From positions 1 to 61,272 of the forward strand of contig JACIYB010000001.1 of assembly GCA_014360155.1 (NCBI GenBank): a stretch of 61,272 nucleotides of DNA. The letters are read 5' to 3'. Positions 8,592-19,149 of this stretch are shown here, in pieces. Made by a program: the position numbers and the translations under genes. The stretch comes from Syntrophomonadaceae bacterium (lineage in GTDB: Bacteria; Bacillota; Syntrophomonadia; Syntrophomonadales; Syntrophomonadaceae). How positions within the stretch are numbered: position 1 is the stretch's first letter; every line of letters begins with the position of its first letter. Under the pieces are notes generated by a model that saw only the letters and a list, made by a program, of their open reading frames with translations, did not search any database and was not told the origin of the DNA.

Positions 8592-10535
8592 ATGAAAATG
8601 TTCCCCTACCTGTTTTCGCCCGCCTATATAAGCGGTATTTTGGTAAAGAACCGTGTCGTCCTGGCGCCCATGTCAGTTGGTTATGCTGGGTTGGACGGCG
8701 GAGTCAGTGATTCGCTAATAGCTTACTATGAAGCGCGGGCTAAAGGCGGCGTGGGCCTGGTCATTGTTGAGGCGGCATCGGTTGATAATCCGGGTGGCCG
8801 GGGGAATTTCAGGCAGTTAAATATAGACCACCCTCGCTGTATTCCGGGATTAGAACGCTTGGCATCTGCAATAAAGGCTTATGGCAGCAGAGCATTGATA
8901 CAGCTTTTTCATGCTGGCAGACAGACAACAAAGAATATTACAGGCATTCAGCCGGTAGCTCCATCTCCTCTCGCCTGTCCGCATATTAAAGAAATTCCAC
9001 GGGTGTTAAAAATTGAGGAAATTCGCGATATTGAAAATAAATTTATAAGAGCGGCTCATTATGCTTATGCAGCAGGTTTCGACGGGGTGGAGCTCAATGC
9101 GGCTCACGGTTATCTGATAAACCAGTTTTTGTCTTCCCGGACTAATAAAAGGCAGGATATGTATGGCGGTTCTCTACCTGGGAGGATGAGGTTTTTGTTA
9201 AACATCGCGCAGGGGATAAAGGATGCAGTTCCAGGTCTGGTTTTGTCAGTGCGCCTGAATATCGACGATTTTGTACCTGGAGGGCTGAACCTAAGGGAAA
9301 GTGCGGAGATTGCACGGGAGTTGGAGGCAGCGGGAACAGATGCGATACATTGTTCATCTGGTACTTATGAATCAGGACTGACTAGTATAGAACCTGCATC
9401 ATACGGTGAAGGATGGCGCATATACCTCGCTGAGGAGATAAAAAAACAGGTAAAAATACCAGTGATAGCCGGAGGCGTCGTAAAGGATCCCGGGTTTGCC
9501 GATCAGGTAATAAAAAAGAGGCGGGCTGATTTCGTTTTCTTAGCCAGAAGCCTCCTGGCAGACAGCGATTGGGCCAACAAAGCCCGGGCAGGAAAGAGGG
9601 AAGATATTCGCCCCTGCATAATGTGCAATAATTGCGCCGACAGTTATTTCAGGGGAGTAGGGGTGAGCTGTACTGTCAATCCGCAGGCAGGGCGAGAAAA
9701 ACAGTTGAAATATTATGCAGGGAGCCTTAAAAAGAATAATTACAGTGCCGTTGTGGTCGGCAGCGGTCCTGCAGGTATGCAGGCTGCTCTATCTTTGAGA
9801 CAGCAGGGGCTAGATGTTACGCTCTATGAAAAGGATGGGCGTCCTGGGGGATTATTGAACTTGGCATCTATTCCCCCGTATAAGGGGAGAATAGCTATGC
9901 TGCGCGATTTTCTCGTCAGGCAGTTAAACAAGAGCGGGGTGGAAGTGCTGCTTAACCGTACTTATGGGCCGGAAGAATTAAAAAAAAGGCGGCCTGACTT
10001 TCTGGTTATAGCTACAGGATCTAAGCCAAATAAGCTGCGGATTAAAGGGTGGGAAAGGGAGCACTGCCTTGATTTGAGTGATGTCTTTAACAAAAAAATC
10101 GAGATTATAAACAGAAAAGTAGTGGTTGTAGGTGGGGGAGAAAGCGGCTGTGAGGCAGCTGACTTCCTGCTGGCGGGAGACAATGATATAACGATTGTTG
10201 AAGAAAGTAATCGCCTGGCCGCTAAAATGGAAAGGAAAAACCGCCGGGATTTGATGAACCGCCTCCAACAAGGCAAGGTGAAGATGAAGACCGGAACCAG
10301 GGTTATGGAAATAGGAACCGGGGAAGTCCTGACTGATGACGGGTCTGTGGAAGCTGATTATGTGGTTTTGGCGACTGGTTTTGTCCCTGATAATGATTTA
10401 TATTTGAAGCTGGAAAAAGAGCATTCCTGGGTTTTTTTAATCGGTGATGCATTTGGACTTCAGGGCATTAAAGGTGCTCTGCTGCAGGGAGAAATGATCG
10501 GTTCTGCCGTAACCAGAATTGCAAGATACAGCTAA
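8592..10535 (+). CDS. Two-domain NADH:flavin (OYE-like) / FAD-NAD(P) oxidoreductase (2-enoate or 2,4-dienoyl-CoA reductase-like)
   Basis: OYE TIM-barrel N-terminal half (NRVVLAPM, LFHAGRQ, ELNAAHGYLINQFLS), a Cys cluster CIMCNNC, and a C-terminal GSGPAGMQAA Rossmann motif. Confidence 0.85.
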   Translation: MKMFPYLFSPAYISGILVKNRVVLAPMSVGYAGLDGGVSDSLIAYYEARAKGGVGLVIVEAASVDNPGGRGNFRQLNIDHPRCIPGLERLASAIKAYGSRALIQLFHAGRQTTKNITGIQPVAPSPLACPHIKEIPRVLKIEEIRDIENKFIRAAHYAYAAGFDGVELNAAHGYLINQFLSSRTNKRQDMYGGSLPGRMRFLLNIAQGIKDAVPGLVLSVRLNIDDFVPGGLNLRESAEIARELEAAGTDAIHCSSGTYESGLTSIEPASYGEGWRIYLAEEIKKQVKIPVIAGGVVKDPGFADQVIKKRRADFVFLARSLLADSDWANKARAGKREDIRPCIMCNNCADSYFRGVGVSCTVNPQAGREKQLKYYAGSLKKNNYSAVVVGSGPAGMQAALSLRQQGLDVTLYEKDGRPGGLLNLASIPPYKGRIAMLRDFLVRQLNKSGVEVLLNRTYGPEELKKRRPDFLVIATGSKPNKLRIKGWEREHCLDLSDVFNKKIEIINRKVVVVGGGESGCEAADFLLAGDNDITIVEESNRLAAKMERKNRRDLMNRLQQGKVKMKTGTRVMEIGTGEVLTDDGSVEADYVVLATGFVPDNDLYLKLEKEHSWVFLIGDAFGLQGIKGALLQGEMIGSAVTRIARYS

Positions 10536-10549
10536 TATTTTTAAGCGAG

Positions 10550-11263
10550 GTGTACGGCAAATTGCCCCAGGCGGATGGACGGTACTTGTTTAAGGAAAAG
10601 AAGAGAATAGAAGCCCTGAAACACTTTGAACGTGAGGCATATCAGAGAGGATTTGAGTACATAGCCGGGATAGACGAGGTAGGGCGAGGGTCTATTGCAG
10701 GACCGGTGGTTGCAGCGGCAGTTATTTTACCGCCCGACTTTTTCCTGCCTGAAGTAGACGATTCCAAGAGGCTTGCCCCTTCAAAACGCCGCAAGCTTGC
10801 AGCGCAGATTAAAAATAAGGCTGTATCTTGGGCAGCCGCTTTCGTATTTCCTCCCTATCTCGACAAAATTAACATACTGAATGCTACCAAGGAAGCCATG
10901 AGGCTCGCTGTTGAGCAGCTTTCTCCTGTGCCTTCTTTCTTACTTATAGATGCACTGCAATTACCCGATATAAATATTAGGCAAAAGTCTATAGTTAAAG
11001 GAGACAGCCTGAGTGTTTCCATCGCCTGTGCTTCTATTCTGGCTAAGGTGGAGAGGGACAAGGCTATGGAAGCTTTTGATCTTTTATATCCTGGGTATGG
11101 GTTTGCCAAGCACAAAGGTTATGCTACCAGGGAACACCTTACAGCACTTATGCGGGAAGGTGCCTGCAGTATACATAGGGAAAGCTTTGAGCCGATTAAA
11201 ACAATGTTAACAGGGGGGAAGCATGTTGGTCAACCAAGCCTTTTTGACTGGGATAATGCTTAA
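10550..11263 (+). CDS. rnhB: Ribonuclease HII
   Basis: Motifs GIDEVGRGSIAGPVVAAAVIL, DDSKRL and ASILAKVERD. Confidence 0.95.
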   Translation: MYGKLPQADGRYLFKEKKRIEALKHFEREAYQRGFEYIAGIDEVGRGSIAGPVVAAAVILPPDFFLPEVDDSKRLAPSKRRKLAAQIKNKAVSWAAAFVFPPYLDKINILNATKEAMRLAVEQLSPVPSFLLIDALQLPDINIRQKSIVKGDSLSVSIACASILAKVERDKAMEAFDLLYPGYGFAKHKGYATREHLTALMREGACSIHRESFEPIKTMLTGGKHVGQPSLFDWDNA

Positions 11264-12671
11264 TATTTCTGCTCCTGACAGCACGCCCCTCGTTTTAAAT
11301 AAAAGTGAGGTAGTCAAGGGTACGGTGCAGAGTGTCAAACAGAACGGGATGGTCGTGTTGTCGCTCAGAGGCGAGACTGTGGGAGCGGTGTCTGAGGTTC
11401 TGGTCAAGCCCGGGCAGGAACTGTATCTGATGGTAGAAGAAATAAAGGAAGGAAAAGTTTACCTGAAAATTTTGAATTCGCGGTCGCTGGTTGAGTTAGA
11501 GGAGAAGAGCCTGTCAGCAAGGCTAATAGACATAGGGATAACGGCGAACAAGGAAAATATAATGATAGCCCGAGAGCTTGTGCGGTATAATGTGCCGGTT
11601 ATGCCTGCTGATTTTATTGATGTGCGAAAGGGAGCAAGTTTTTTGGGGGGACTTAATGAGCAAAATATCAGAACAGCGGTTTTTGCTCTGGTTGCAGGCA
11701 TCTCTCTTAATAAACGAGATCTGGATATTTTAGCTCAGTATATGCAGGGAAACAGCAATCCAGCTGACCTTATAGAGAGTATTCTGCGCGATCTGGTTGA
11801 TTTAGCCCGTTCAGGAAAAGGCAGCGGTTTCTCTTATAAACAGCATCCAGATATAGGCCAGAATCCAGCCGGAAATGAACAACTTATTCAAGAACTGCGG
11901 CTGGATTCATCTTATGCCGGCAGTACCCAAACAAAGCCCGGCTTGGGGACAGGTTCGGCTTCCGCTGGTCCTAAAACTTTAACAGCAGCAAATTCCAGCA
12001 TTAACCAAATCATCTCTTTGTTGGAAGAGATGCAGGTAAACCTACAGGACACGGGTCGTAATATAAGTATAAAGCTGCAAAATCTTTTGCGTTGGGAAAA
12101 AGATTTGTTAAAGGGGCTGATGCTGGTCCAGGAGATAATAGACAGGGATATGGACGTATTGAGAGGTCCAATTGTGCGTGATTTGCTTGAAAAGCTCGAC
12201 AGCCTGGAGAAAGAATTGTCAGGGCAAAAGATGTTCAACTTTATTGCCAGAACGGCTGAAGAACGTGATTTTAATTATTATTATTTTTCTTTTCCGGTGA
12301 AAGTGCAGGAAAAATGCTGCTTATGCTCTCTCAGAATAAACAAAGAGGGGAAAAAGAGGCTAAACGATCAGGAAAAAATAAAATTTATCGTTTCTTTAGA
12401 TACTGCTCACCTGGGCATGGTCCTCTTTTATGTTGAATGGAATAGGAATAAAGAACTTAAAATAGAGGGGGAAGTGGAAAGCAGCGAAGTTCGCGATTAC
12501 TTTAGCAATAATATGGAACGGTTGTTGCAAGGTCTGGCTGTTATGGGATATTCTGTTGTTAATTTAGGAATAAAAACAGATAGAACCCGGGAAGAATTTA
12601 AAAGCTTTAAAATCAGCCCCAAAGGAGATTCCGATAAGGCAAGGATTTGGGGGATAGATGTCATTGTATGA
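11223..12671 (+). CDS. Hypothetical protein with a FliK-like (flagellar hook-length control) C-terminal domain
   Basis: The C-terminal ~110 aa (IVSLDTAHLGMVLFYVEWNRNKELKIEGEVESSEVRDYF...LLQGLAVMGYSV) resemble the Flg_hook fold pattern. The start is ambiguous (11223 or 11256). Confidence 0.55.
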   Translation: MLVNQAFLTGIMLNISAPDSTPLVLNKSEVVKGTVQSVKQNGMVVLSLRGETVGAVSEVLVKPGQELYLMVEEIKEGKVYLKILNSRSLVELEEKSLSARLIDIGITANKENIMIARELVRYNVPVMPADFIDVRKGASFLGGLNEQNIRTAVFALVAGISLNKRDLDILAQYMQGNSNPADLIESILRDLVDLARSGKGSGFSYKQHPDIGQNPAGNEQLIQELRLDSSYAGSTQTKPGLGTGSASAGPKTLTAANSSINQIISLLEEMQVNLQDTGRNISIKLQNLLRWEKDLLKGLMLVQEIIDRDMDVLRGPIVRDLLEKLDSLEKELSGQKMFNFIARTAEERDFNYYYFSFPVKVQEKCCLCSLRINKEGKKRLNDQEKIKFIVSLDTAHLGMVLFYVEWNRNKELKIEGEVESSEVRDYFSNNMERLLQGLAVMGYSVVNLGIKTDRTREEFKSFKISPKGDSDKARIWGIDVIV

Positions 12672-12689
12672 GGAGGCTGTCTGTTATTT

Positions 12690-12965
12690 ATGAGTGATGG
12701 AGATATGGCTAAAGCAGCTGCTCTGAGGTACGACCCCGAAAGGGACCCGGTTCCGGTTGTTGTTGCCAAGGGGAAAGGTTTTATTGCTGAAAAAATAAAA
12801 GCCATAGCCAGCGAGGCCGGGGTTCATATAAGGGAAGATAAGGAGCTGGCAGAATACCTGGTGAGTTTAGATTTGTATGAAGAGATACCTCCGGAATTGT
12901 ACCCGGTAATTGCAGAAATACTAGCGTTTATATACAGTATGGATAAGAGGCGAAAAATAAGGTGA
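12690..12965 (+). CDS. ylqH: FlhB C-terminal-like protein (YlqH/EscU-YscU-HrcU family small protein)
   Basis: KAAALRYDPERDPVPVVVAKGKGFIAEKIKAIASEAGVHIREDKELAEYL is typical of the FlhB cytoplasmic domain. Confidence 0.85.
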   Translation: MSDGDMAKAAALRYDPERDPVPVVVAKGKGFIAEKIKAIASEAGVHIREDKELAEYLVSLDLYEEIPPELYPVIAEILAFIYSMDKRRKIR

Positions 12966-12971
12966 ACATTT

Positions 12972-13319
12972 ATGAAGAAAAAATTGGGAGCCAGAGGAGA
13001 GGAAATTGCAGCGCATTATCTTTGTAAGCAGGGTTATGAGATTTTAGCCAGGAATTATCATACCCGCTATGGAGAATTGGACATAATTTGTCATAAAGAT
13101 GAAGGTGTTGTTATTGTAGAGGTCAAAACCAGAACAAGTATAAAATTTGGATTTCCTGAAGAAGCTGTAACTCTTAGGAAGATAGGGCATTTAAAGAAAG
13201 CTGCCTTAATTTACCTGGGCCAAAACAACGGGTTTTTCCGGGAAATTCGTTTTGATGTCGTAACCGTCTTTATTGACGGCAACAGGGTAAAGATTAACCA
13301 CATCGAGAATGCTTTTTGA
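12972..13319 (+). CDS. yraN: YraN-family (UPF0102) endonuclease-like protein
   Basis: GARGEEIAAHYLCKQGYEILARNYHTRYGELDIICHKDEGVVIVEVKTR contains the D-EVK motif. Confidence 0.9.
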   Translation: MKKKLGARGEEIAAHYLCKQGYEILARNYHTRYGELDIICHKDEGVVIVEVKTRTSIKFGFPEEAVTLRKIGHLKKAALIYLGQNNGFFREIRFDVVTVFIDGNRVKINHIENAF

Positions 13320-13356
13320 GCTTGTACAATAAATACCTTAAAGGGGATTTGAAGAA

Positions 13357-14211
13357 TTGAGTGGACAACCGTGTATAGGGGCACACCTGGCCATAGGAAA
13401 GGGACTTGAACATACGGCCGATGAAGCAGTGGAAAGGGGCCTGGAGGCTCTGCAGTTATTTCTCCGTAATCCGCGGGGGAGCAGGGCGCGCCAATTTAGG
13501 GAAGAAGAATTAAGATATTTCAATGCTAAGATGCAAGATAATGCTATAAATCCTGTTGTGGCTCATGTTCCTTATACGTGCAACCCGGCGGCTGCAAAGG
13601 ACAGAATATACCGGTATGCACTTCAGGTTATAATGGAAGACCTGGAACGTTGTCAGCTGATCAATGCTGATTACCTGGTTTTGCATCCTGGGTCCTACAC
13701 TGCTTCTTCACCTGCTGAAGGTATTGAGAAAATATCCAATCTGCTCAACCGTGTATTGTTCAAATACGGGGGGGAAACCCTGATTTTGCTGGAGACGATG
13801 TCCGGCCAGGGGACTGAAATAGGCGGAACTTTTGATGAACTGGACCAGATATTGCGGAAGGTTGAAAATCAAGATAAGATAGGAATATGTTTTGATACCT
13901 GTCATACCTATGCAGCTGGATATGACTGTACAACCCTTGAAGGTATAAGCCGAATTCTGCGTGAAATGGACAATACGTTTGGCAGAGAAAAGGTTAAACT
14001 CGTACATGCTAACGACAGTGCCAAAGAGTTGGGGTCCCGAAGGGACCGGCATGCCCATATTGGAGAAGGGTTTATTGGCGAGGCGGGGTTCAAACAGTTG
14101 TTTGCTGACGTATTCTTTCACCAACTGCCGTTTATTCTAGAAACACCTCTAGATAAGCTGGATCAGGATCTTAATGTCCTGAAAAAAATAAGGGAGAGCT
14201 GTCTTTTATAG
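13357..14211 (+). CDS. nfo: Deoxyribonuclease IV (endonuclease IV)
   Basis: Motifs HANDSAKELGSRRDRHAHIGEG, VLHPGS and ILLETMSGQG. TTG start. Confidence 0.92.
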   Translation: MSGQPCIGAHLAIGKGLEHTADEAVERGLEALQLFLRNPRGSRARQFREEELRYFNAKMQDNAINPVVAHVPYTCNPAAAKDRIYRYALQVIMEDLERCQLINADYLVLHPGSYTASSPAEGIEKISNLLNRVLFKYGGETLILLETMSGQGTEIGGTFDELDQILRKVENQDKIGICFDTCHTYAAGYDCTTLEGISRILREMDNTFGREKVKLVHANDSAKELGSRRDRHAHIGEGFIGEAGFKQLFADVFFHQLPFILETPLDKLDQDLNVLKKIRESCLL

Positions 14212-14318
14212 ATAGCATGCAAGAAAGCCGAAAAAGGTGTATATTGTTCAATGTCTGCTAAAGAAATTAAAAATAAAAGTGAACCTAAACACAGTTATTT
14301 TTATGAGGGGGAGTAAAA

Positions 14319-15134
14319 TTGCTTATTTATGGTAAAGAAATTAGAGATAAAATCAAGGAGCGAGTTCGCCAGGCAGTATTGCGCAAGCCGATGAAAATGG
14401 CGATTGTCCAGGTAGGGGAAGACCCTTCTTCTCTTGCCTATGTAAGAGGTATATGCAGATTCGCAGGAGATACAGGAGTTGAGGTCGAAATCGTCAATCT
14501 ACCAGAGGATATAGAGGAAAATGAACTGGTTAAGGAAATTGACGTTCTTAATCATGTACCTACCATAACAGGCATTATGCTCCAGACTCCTTTACCTGCA
14601 CATCTGGATGCCAATAAGATGATAAACTGTATAAGCTATGGTAAGGACGTGGAGGGGCTCCATAATTATAACCTGGGCAAGCTTTTAAGCCGGCAGGAAG
14701 GCGTCAGACCTGCTACTCCCAAAGCGGTAATAACTATGTTAAAAGCCTATGGTATACCTATTGAAGGAGAGAAGGTAACTATTGTGGGAAGGAGCACCAC
14801 TGTTGGAGGTCCGCTGTCGGTGATGATGACGGCTGAAAATGGGACTGTGACCCTCTGTCATTCCCGGACACGGGATCTAAAGCGGGAAACTTTAGATGCT
14901 GACATCCTGGTAGCAGCTATAGGGAAAAAGAATTTCATTACCCCTGATATGGTGAGAGAAGATGTGGTAATAATTGATGTGGGAACCAACTTTGATGAGG
15001 CAGGCAGGATGTTCGGAGATGTTCATGAAGAAACCAAAGCTAAAGCTAGGATTGCCAGTGCTGTACCTGGAGGGGTAGGTGTCATAACTGTAGCTGAGCT
15101 GTTCGATAATCTAAGAATACTAGGCGAACAGTAA
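14319..15134 (+). CDS. folD: Bifunctional methylenetetrahydrofolate dehydrogenase/cyclohydrolase
   Basis: Motifs VGEDPSSLAYVR, GIMLQTPLP, VGRSTTVGGPLS and PGGVGVITVA. Confidence 0.95.
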   Translation: MLIYGKEIRDKIKERVRQAVLRKPMKMAIVQVGEDPSSLAYVRGICRFAGDTGVEVEIVNLPEDIEENELVKEIDVLNHVPTITGIMLQTPLPAHLDANKMINCISYGKDVEGLHNYNLGKLLSRQEGVRPATPKAVITMLKAYGIPIEGEKVTIVGRSTTVGGPLSVMMTAENGTVTLCHSRTRDLKRETLDADILVAAIGKKNFITPDMVREDVVIIDVGTNFDEAGRMFGDVHEETKAKARIASAVPGGVGVITVAELFDNLRILGEQ

Positions 15135-15405
15135 AGCTTTGGGAATGGTGCATTTTGCTGCTATCCCGCGAAAATTCGCGGGTAGACTTCCGCTCTGGCT
15201 TTTCTGTTTTATATAACTTTTGATTCTACTGCAGAAACCCCAGGTTAGCTTGGTACCCTTTTCAGCGCGCGACAAGCGGATGGTGTTGACCGTGCGGAAG
15301 TCTGGCGGCGAATATTTATATATTTAAAAACCGGCAGATTATGACTTTCAGCAGTGGAATCAAATTTTTTATTTATAAATTGCTAACGGAATAGTTCGAA
15401 GAGTG

Positions 15406-16542
15406 TTACCTTGCTTCAGTATGTTTCTCAATTTTTTCCAGGGATTTTCTGGTGCCTATAAGTATTAGAATATCACCTGGCAAGACGATATCATCACCTC
15501 TTATATTCATCAGGACATCGTCGTTGCGGATAATAGAGATCACAGTGACTTTAAAATCTTCCTGTCCAAATGCATCTTTCACCTTTTGTCGGGCAAGGGG
15601 TGATGATTCTGTGACTGACAGTTCTTCCAGGTGAAACTGTTTATTGCCTGAGGTGTAAAGGGTCTCTACCATATCAACGGTTACCGGTTTAAGCATAGAC
15701 ATGGCCATCTGGAATCCCCCGATCTGTGTGGGGGAGATGACTTTATCCGCTCCTGCCTGGTGCAGTTTTTTAACGGTTTCTGGTTTCTCAGCTCGGGCAA
15801 CGATTTTAAGGGAAGGATTTAGGTCCCTGGCGCTCAGGGCCACAAAAAGGTTGGAGGCATCATCGGCTAAAGCGCATATAACGCCGCTGGCTTTTTCAAT
15901 ACCTGCTTTCATAAGAACCTGGTCCTGGGTAGCATCTCCCCGCATAGCCAGATGTTCCTGCTCTTCCATTTCTTTTATTGTTTCTTCGTTAGTATCTATC
16001 AGGACATAGGGAACATTTTCGCCTCTGAGGATGTAAGCTACGCTGGAGCCTACCCGTCCTGCTCCGCATATTATTATATGTTTGTTAAGTTCTTGAATCA
16101 TTTTCATAACCTTATTACGCTCCATTAAAGCTAAAATTGTTTTTTCTACAAACAGGTTGGTTAAAGTGCTCAGAGAATAAGCTAACGCTCCGACACCGGC
16201 AATGAGTATAATAAGCAGGAAAACCCTGCCTTGGGTGGTTGTAGGTACGATATCGCCGTATCCTGTTGTTGTAAGGCTTATGAGTGTAAGCCAGAGAGCG
16301 TTAAAAAAAGACCACTGTTCAAAATAGGCCAAACCTAGTGTGCTCAGTAATACTATGATTATTAGGAAAATAAACGTACCCAGCAATTTAAGTTTGGTTT
16401 CCGACAAGTCAATTCCCCGATTCAATGTCAAATAATCTCCTTCAGATGTTTGTTCAATCTCTAGTCTTGCCGTAAGTATAATGCCGAGGATAACATGGGC
16501 TTCAAAAGCAAGACCGATTTTAGCTGTTTCCCGGCATTTCAA
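15406..16542 (-). CDS. Potassium channel protein with RCK (TrkA-N/TrkA-C) domains
   Basis: Selectivity filter TTTGYGD, Rossmann motif IIICGAGRVGSS and a C-terminal TrkA-C domain. The exact start is uncertain. Confidence 0.88.
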   Translation of the reverse strand: MKCRETAKIGLAFEAHVILGIILTARLEIEQTSEGDYLTLNRGIDLSETKLKLLGTFIFLIIIVLLSTLGLAYFEQWSFFNALWLTLISLTTTGYGDIVPTTTQGRVFLLIILIAGVGALAYSLSTLTNLFVEKTILALMERNKVMKMIQELNKHIIICGAGRVGSSVAYILRGENVPYVLIDTNEETIKEMEEQEHLAMRGDATQDQVLMKAGIEKASGVICALADDASNLFVALSARDLNPSLKIVARAEKPETVKKLHQAGADKVISPTQIGGFQMAMSMLKPVTVDMVETLYTSGNKQFHLEELSVTESSPLARQKVKDAFGQEDFKVTVISIIRNDDVLMNIRGDDIVLPGDILILIGTRKSLEKIEKHTEAR

Positions 16543-16580
16543 GTGTCACAGCAGGTAACAGGGGCTCCGGGGAGTCAAAT

Positions 16581-18962
16581 TTAAATAACGAACTGGGGCT
16601 GCTTTTTAAACCTGATAAAGAAGGTAGTGCCTTCTGCTGAGGTTTCTACGTCGATGGTAGCATCGTGTCTATTAGCTATACTGTAGCATACTGCCAATCC
16701 CAAACCGGTGCCGTTATTTTTGGTGGTGAGGAAAGGAGTGCCGAGTTTATCGACCAATTCAGGATCAATTCCTTCTCCCTGGTCTTGGACGGCTAACACT
16801 ACTTCCTGTCCTATGGCAAACGTTTCTATGGCTAAACTTCCGCTTGGGGGCATAGCTTCCAGGCCGTTGCGTACCAGGTTTAATATGAGCTGTCGAATTT
16901 CTCTTTCATCAAGAAGTAAAATCGGGACTTCCGCCAGTTCTATTTTGACATATTTGTCCTGAACCATAGCTTCAGCCTGGATTAACGGCGAGAGCGCCTG
17001 TATTATTTGGTTGAGATTATGGGGTTTCAACTCTACTGCTTTGTTTTTAGCCAAAGAAAGAAACTCTGTTATTATGGAGTTGGCCCTGTCAAGTTCTTCT
17101 ATCATGAGGTCAAAAAATTCTTTATCTTCAAAGTATTTCTTTTGTTCACGCATTATCTGCAGAAACCCTCGGACTGAGGTCATTGGATTTCTTATTTCAT
17201 GGCCAATTCCAGCAGCAATTTCTCCTACCAGGTTCAGGCGGTCGAGGTGAGCCATCTGTTTTTCCATTTTTTTACGTTCGGTAATATCAGTAATCATTTT
17301 TAAGGAACCGAGATATTTACCATCTGTATCGAGTATAACGTTTGCAGACACAATGGCCCACAAGCTGCTTCCATTTTTGCAGCGGAATTCAAGATCGTAT
17401 TTTTCGCTGTTTCCTTGTTGGCATCTTTTTAAGTGCTGAACTACTGTCGAGTGGTTTTCTTCATGTATAAAATCGAAAAGCGGTTTTTCTATCATTTCAT
17501 CTATACTGTACCCGAGCATTTCGGCCATTTTGGTGTTGACGAATGTGATAACGTTGTCATTGTTTATCGTTAATATGCCTTCATTTGCAGTTTCGACAAT
17601 ACGGCGGTACATTTCTTCGCTTGCTTCTAAAGCCTTTTCTGCCTGGTGGCGGTCGGTGACGTCGCGTATGGATTCAATTGCTCCCACTATATTTCCTTTA
17701 GTGTCGTAGAGCGGGGCTGCTGCAGCCCGGAGGTAAGCTCCGGATTCTCCGACAATAGGGCAGAAGTTTTCTCCTATTAAAGTTTCTCCTTTTTTCTCGA
17801 TGTCAGGATAATTTGCGGCCCATTCTTCATCGTAATTGAGCACCAAGTCTACCAGTATTGGGCGCCGAGTACCGTAAAAGGGGATGGCATATTCGTAATT
17901 TCCTTTACCCAGTATATTTTCAGATTTAATACCGGTCATATCTTCTGCCGCCTTATTCCATGCTATAACTTTGCCGTATTTGTCGATGACTACAGTGGCA
18001 TCAGGCAAAAAGTTTATGATGTCAGAAATGCGCTGTTCAGATTCCTGCAGGGCTTGCTCCACGTGTTTCCGTTGGGTGATATCCTTTCCAGCCCAAAGTA
18101 TATGTTTTTTCCCCCCTATTTCCAACAGCTCCGCGGAAAAAAGGCCGGTTCGCAATTCTCCGGAGTTAGTTACCAAATTTATTTCCATATTATGAAACGA
18201 ACCCTGCTTTTGCAGCAGCTCCACAGCTTTTTCACGTTCTCTAAGTTCGGCCCATATATTTAATTCGGTTGTAGTCCGGCCGATAATTTCCCGGCGCTCA
18301 TACCCGAATACATGCAGAAAATGGTCGTTAACCTCTACCAGGCGCCCCTTTTCCCAGGTGCTTATTACCATAATATCAGGGCTGGAGCTGAAAGCTTTGG
18401 AAAAGCGTTCTTCAGATAAGCGCAACGCCTCTTCTGTTTTTTTTCGCTTAGTGATGTCGCGGATGTAAATAGATAAATTACCTGCAGAGGGATAAGCGCA
18501 GACTTCATACCACTTACTGTCAGTTTCGCTGAAGTGTTCAAAGCTTATCGCTTTCTTATGGTTTAGAAATTTAATATATTTTTTATGCAGGAGGCTGCTG
18601 ATTGCTACAGGGAAGAACTTCCATATACTTTTCCCAATGACCTCACTTTTATGTCTAGCCAAAAACTTTTCTGCTTCCTGGTTCATATAAATAACCTGCC
18701 ACCGGTTATTCAGGAAAAAAAAGGCATCACTGATTCCGTTAAGTCCGTTGGTAACGAGCGCTTTTAGTTTTTCCATCTGCTGTTCTACCTGTTTTCGTTT
18801 GGTGGTTTCATCTTGCAACAGCTGAGCGGCTTCTGCCGTTTTTTCGGCCGCTTCAGCAATTTGCCGGCGCAGTTTTTTTATTTCAGCAATAAGCTGGTCT
18901 TTGGTTTTACCTATTTCGGCATAAAAACTGGCATCTTGCCAACTTGTCTCGGGTCTTCGCAT
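16581..18962 (-). CDS. Multi-PAS sensor histidine kinase
   Basis: N-terminal coiled coil, about four PAS repeats (each ending in a DIT.RK-type motif), H-box GHEIRNPMTSV and ATPase G-boxes (NGTGLGLAV). Confidence 0.9.
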   Translation of the reverse strand: MRRPETSWQDASFYAEIGKTKDQLIAEIKKLRRQIAEAAEKTAEAAQLLQDETTKRKQVEQQMEKLKALVTNGLNGISDAFFFLNNRWQVIYMNQEAEKFLARHKSEVIGKSIWKFFPVAISSLLHKKYIKFLNHKKAISFEHFSETDSKWYEVCAYPSAGNLSIYIRDITKRKKTEEALRLSEERFSKAFSSSPDIMVISTWEKGRLVEVNDHFLHVFGYERREIIGRTTTELNIWAELREREKAVELLQKQGSFHNMEINLVTNSGELRTGLFSAELLEIGGKKHILWAGKDITQRKHVEQALQESEQRISDIINFLPDATVVIDKYGKVIAWNKAAEDMTGIKSENILGKGNYEYAIPFYGTRRPILVDLVLNYDEEWAANYPDIEKKGETLIGENFCPIVGESGAYLRAAAAPLYDTKGNIVGAIESIRDVTDRHQAEKALEASEEMYRRIVETANEGILTINNDNVITFVNTKMAEMLGYSIDEMIEKPLFDFIHEENHSTVVQHLKRCQQGNSEKYDLEFRCKNGSSLWAIVSANVILDTDGKYLGSLKMITDITERKKMEKQMAHLDRLNLVGEIAAGIGHEIRNPMTSVRGFLQIMREQKKYFEDKEFFDLMIEELDRANSIITEFLSLAKNKAVELKPHNLNQIIQALSPLIQAEAMVQDKYVKIELAEVPILLLDEREIRQLILNLVRNGLEAMPPSGSLAIETFAIGQEVVLAVQDQGEGIDPELVDKLGTPFLTTKNNGTGLGLAVCYSIANRHDATIDVETSAEGTTFFIRFKKQPQFVI

Positions 18963-19149
18963 CTTCTTCCCCTTCTTTTCTAATTCGAATTCAGCCAGCC
19001 TCTAAATTTGCATAAACGTTTTCTGAGAACTTTAAAATGAATAATAAGTAAATGAACGGTATAACATTTTGCTCTTTAATGCAGCAACCTAAGTTAACTA
19101 CATAACATTTTATTATATTACTCGCTTTCATTTCAAGCTGTCTGGTGTT

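Noticed and set aside
15135-15405. 270-nt gap between convergent folD and the K+ channel gene, with hairpin cccgcgaa/ttcgcggg (15165-15182) and a distant inverted repeat agacttccgc (15184-15193) / gcggaagtct (15294-15303). It also has loose similarity to the 7090-7190 intergenic region.
   Set aside because: This could be a structured RNA or a REP-like element. However, the pairing is short, I could not match any known motif, and the similarity to 7090-7190 is too patchy to call by eye. Convergent terminators are the simplest reading.
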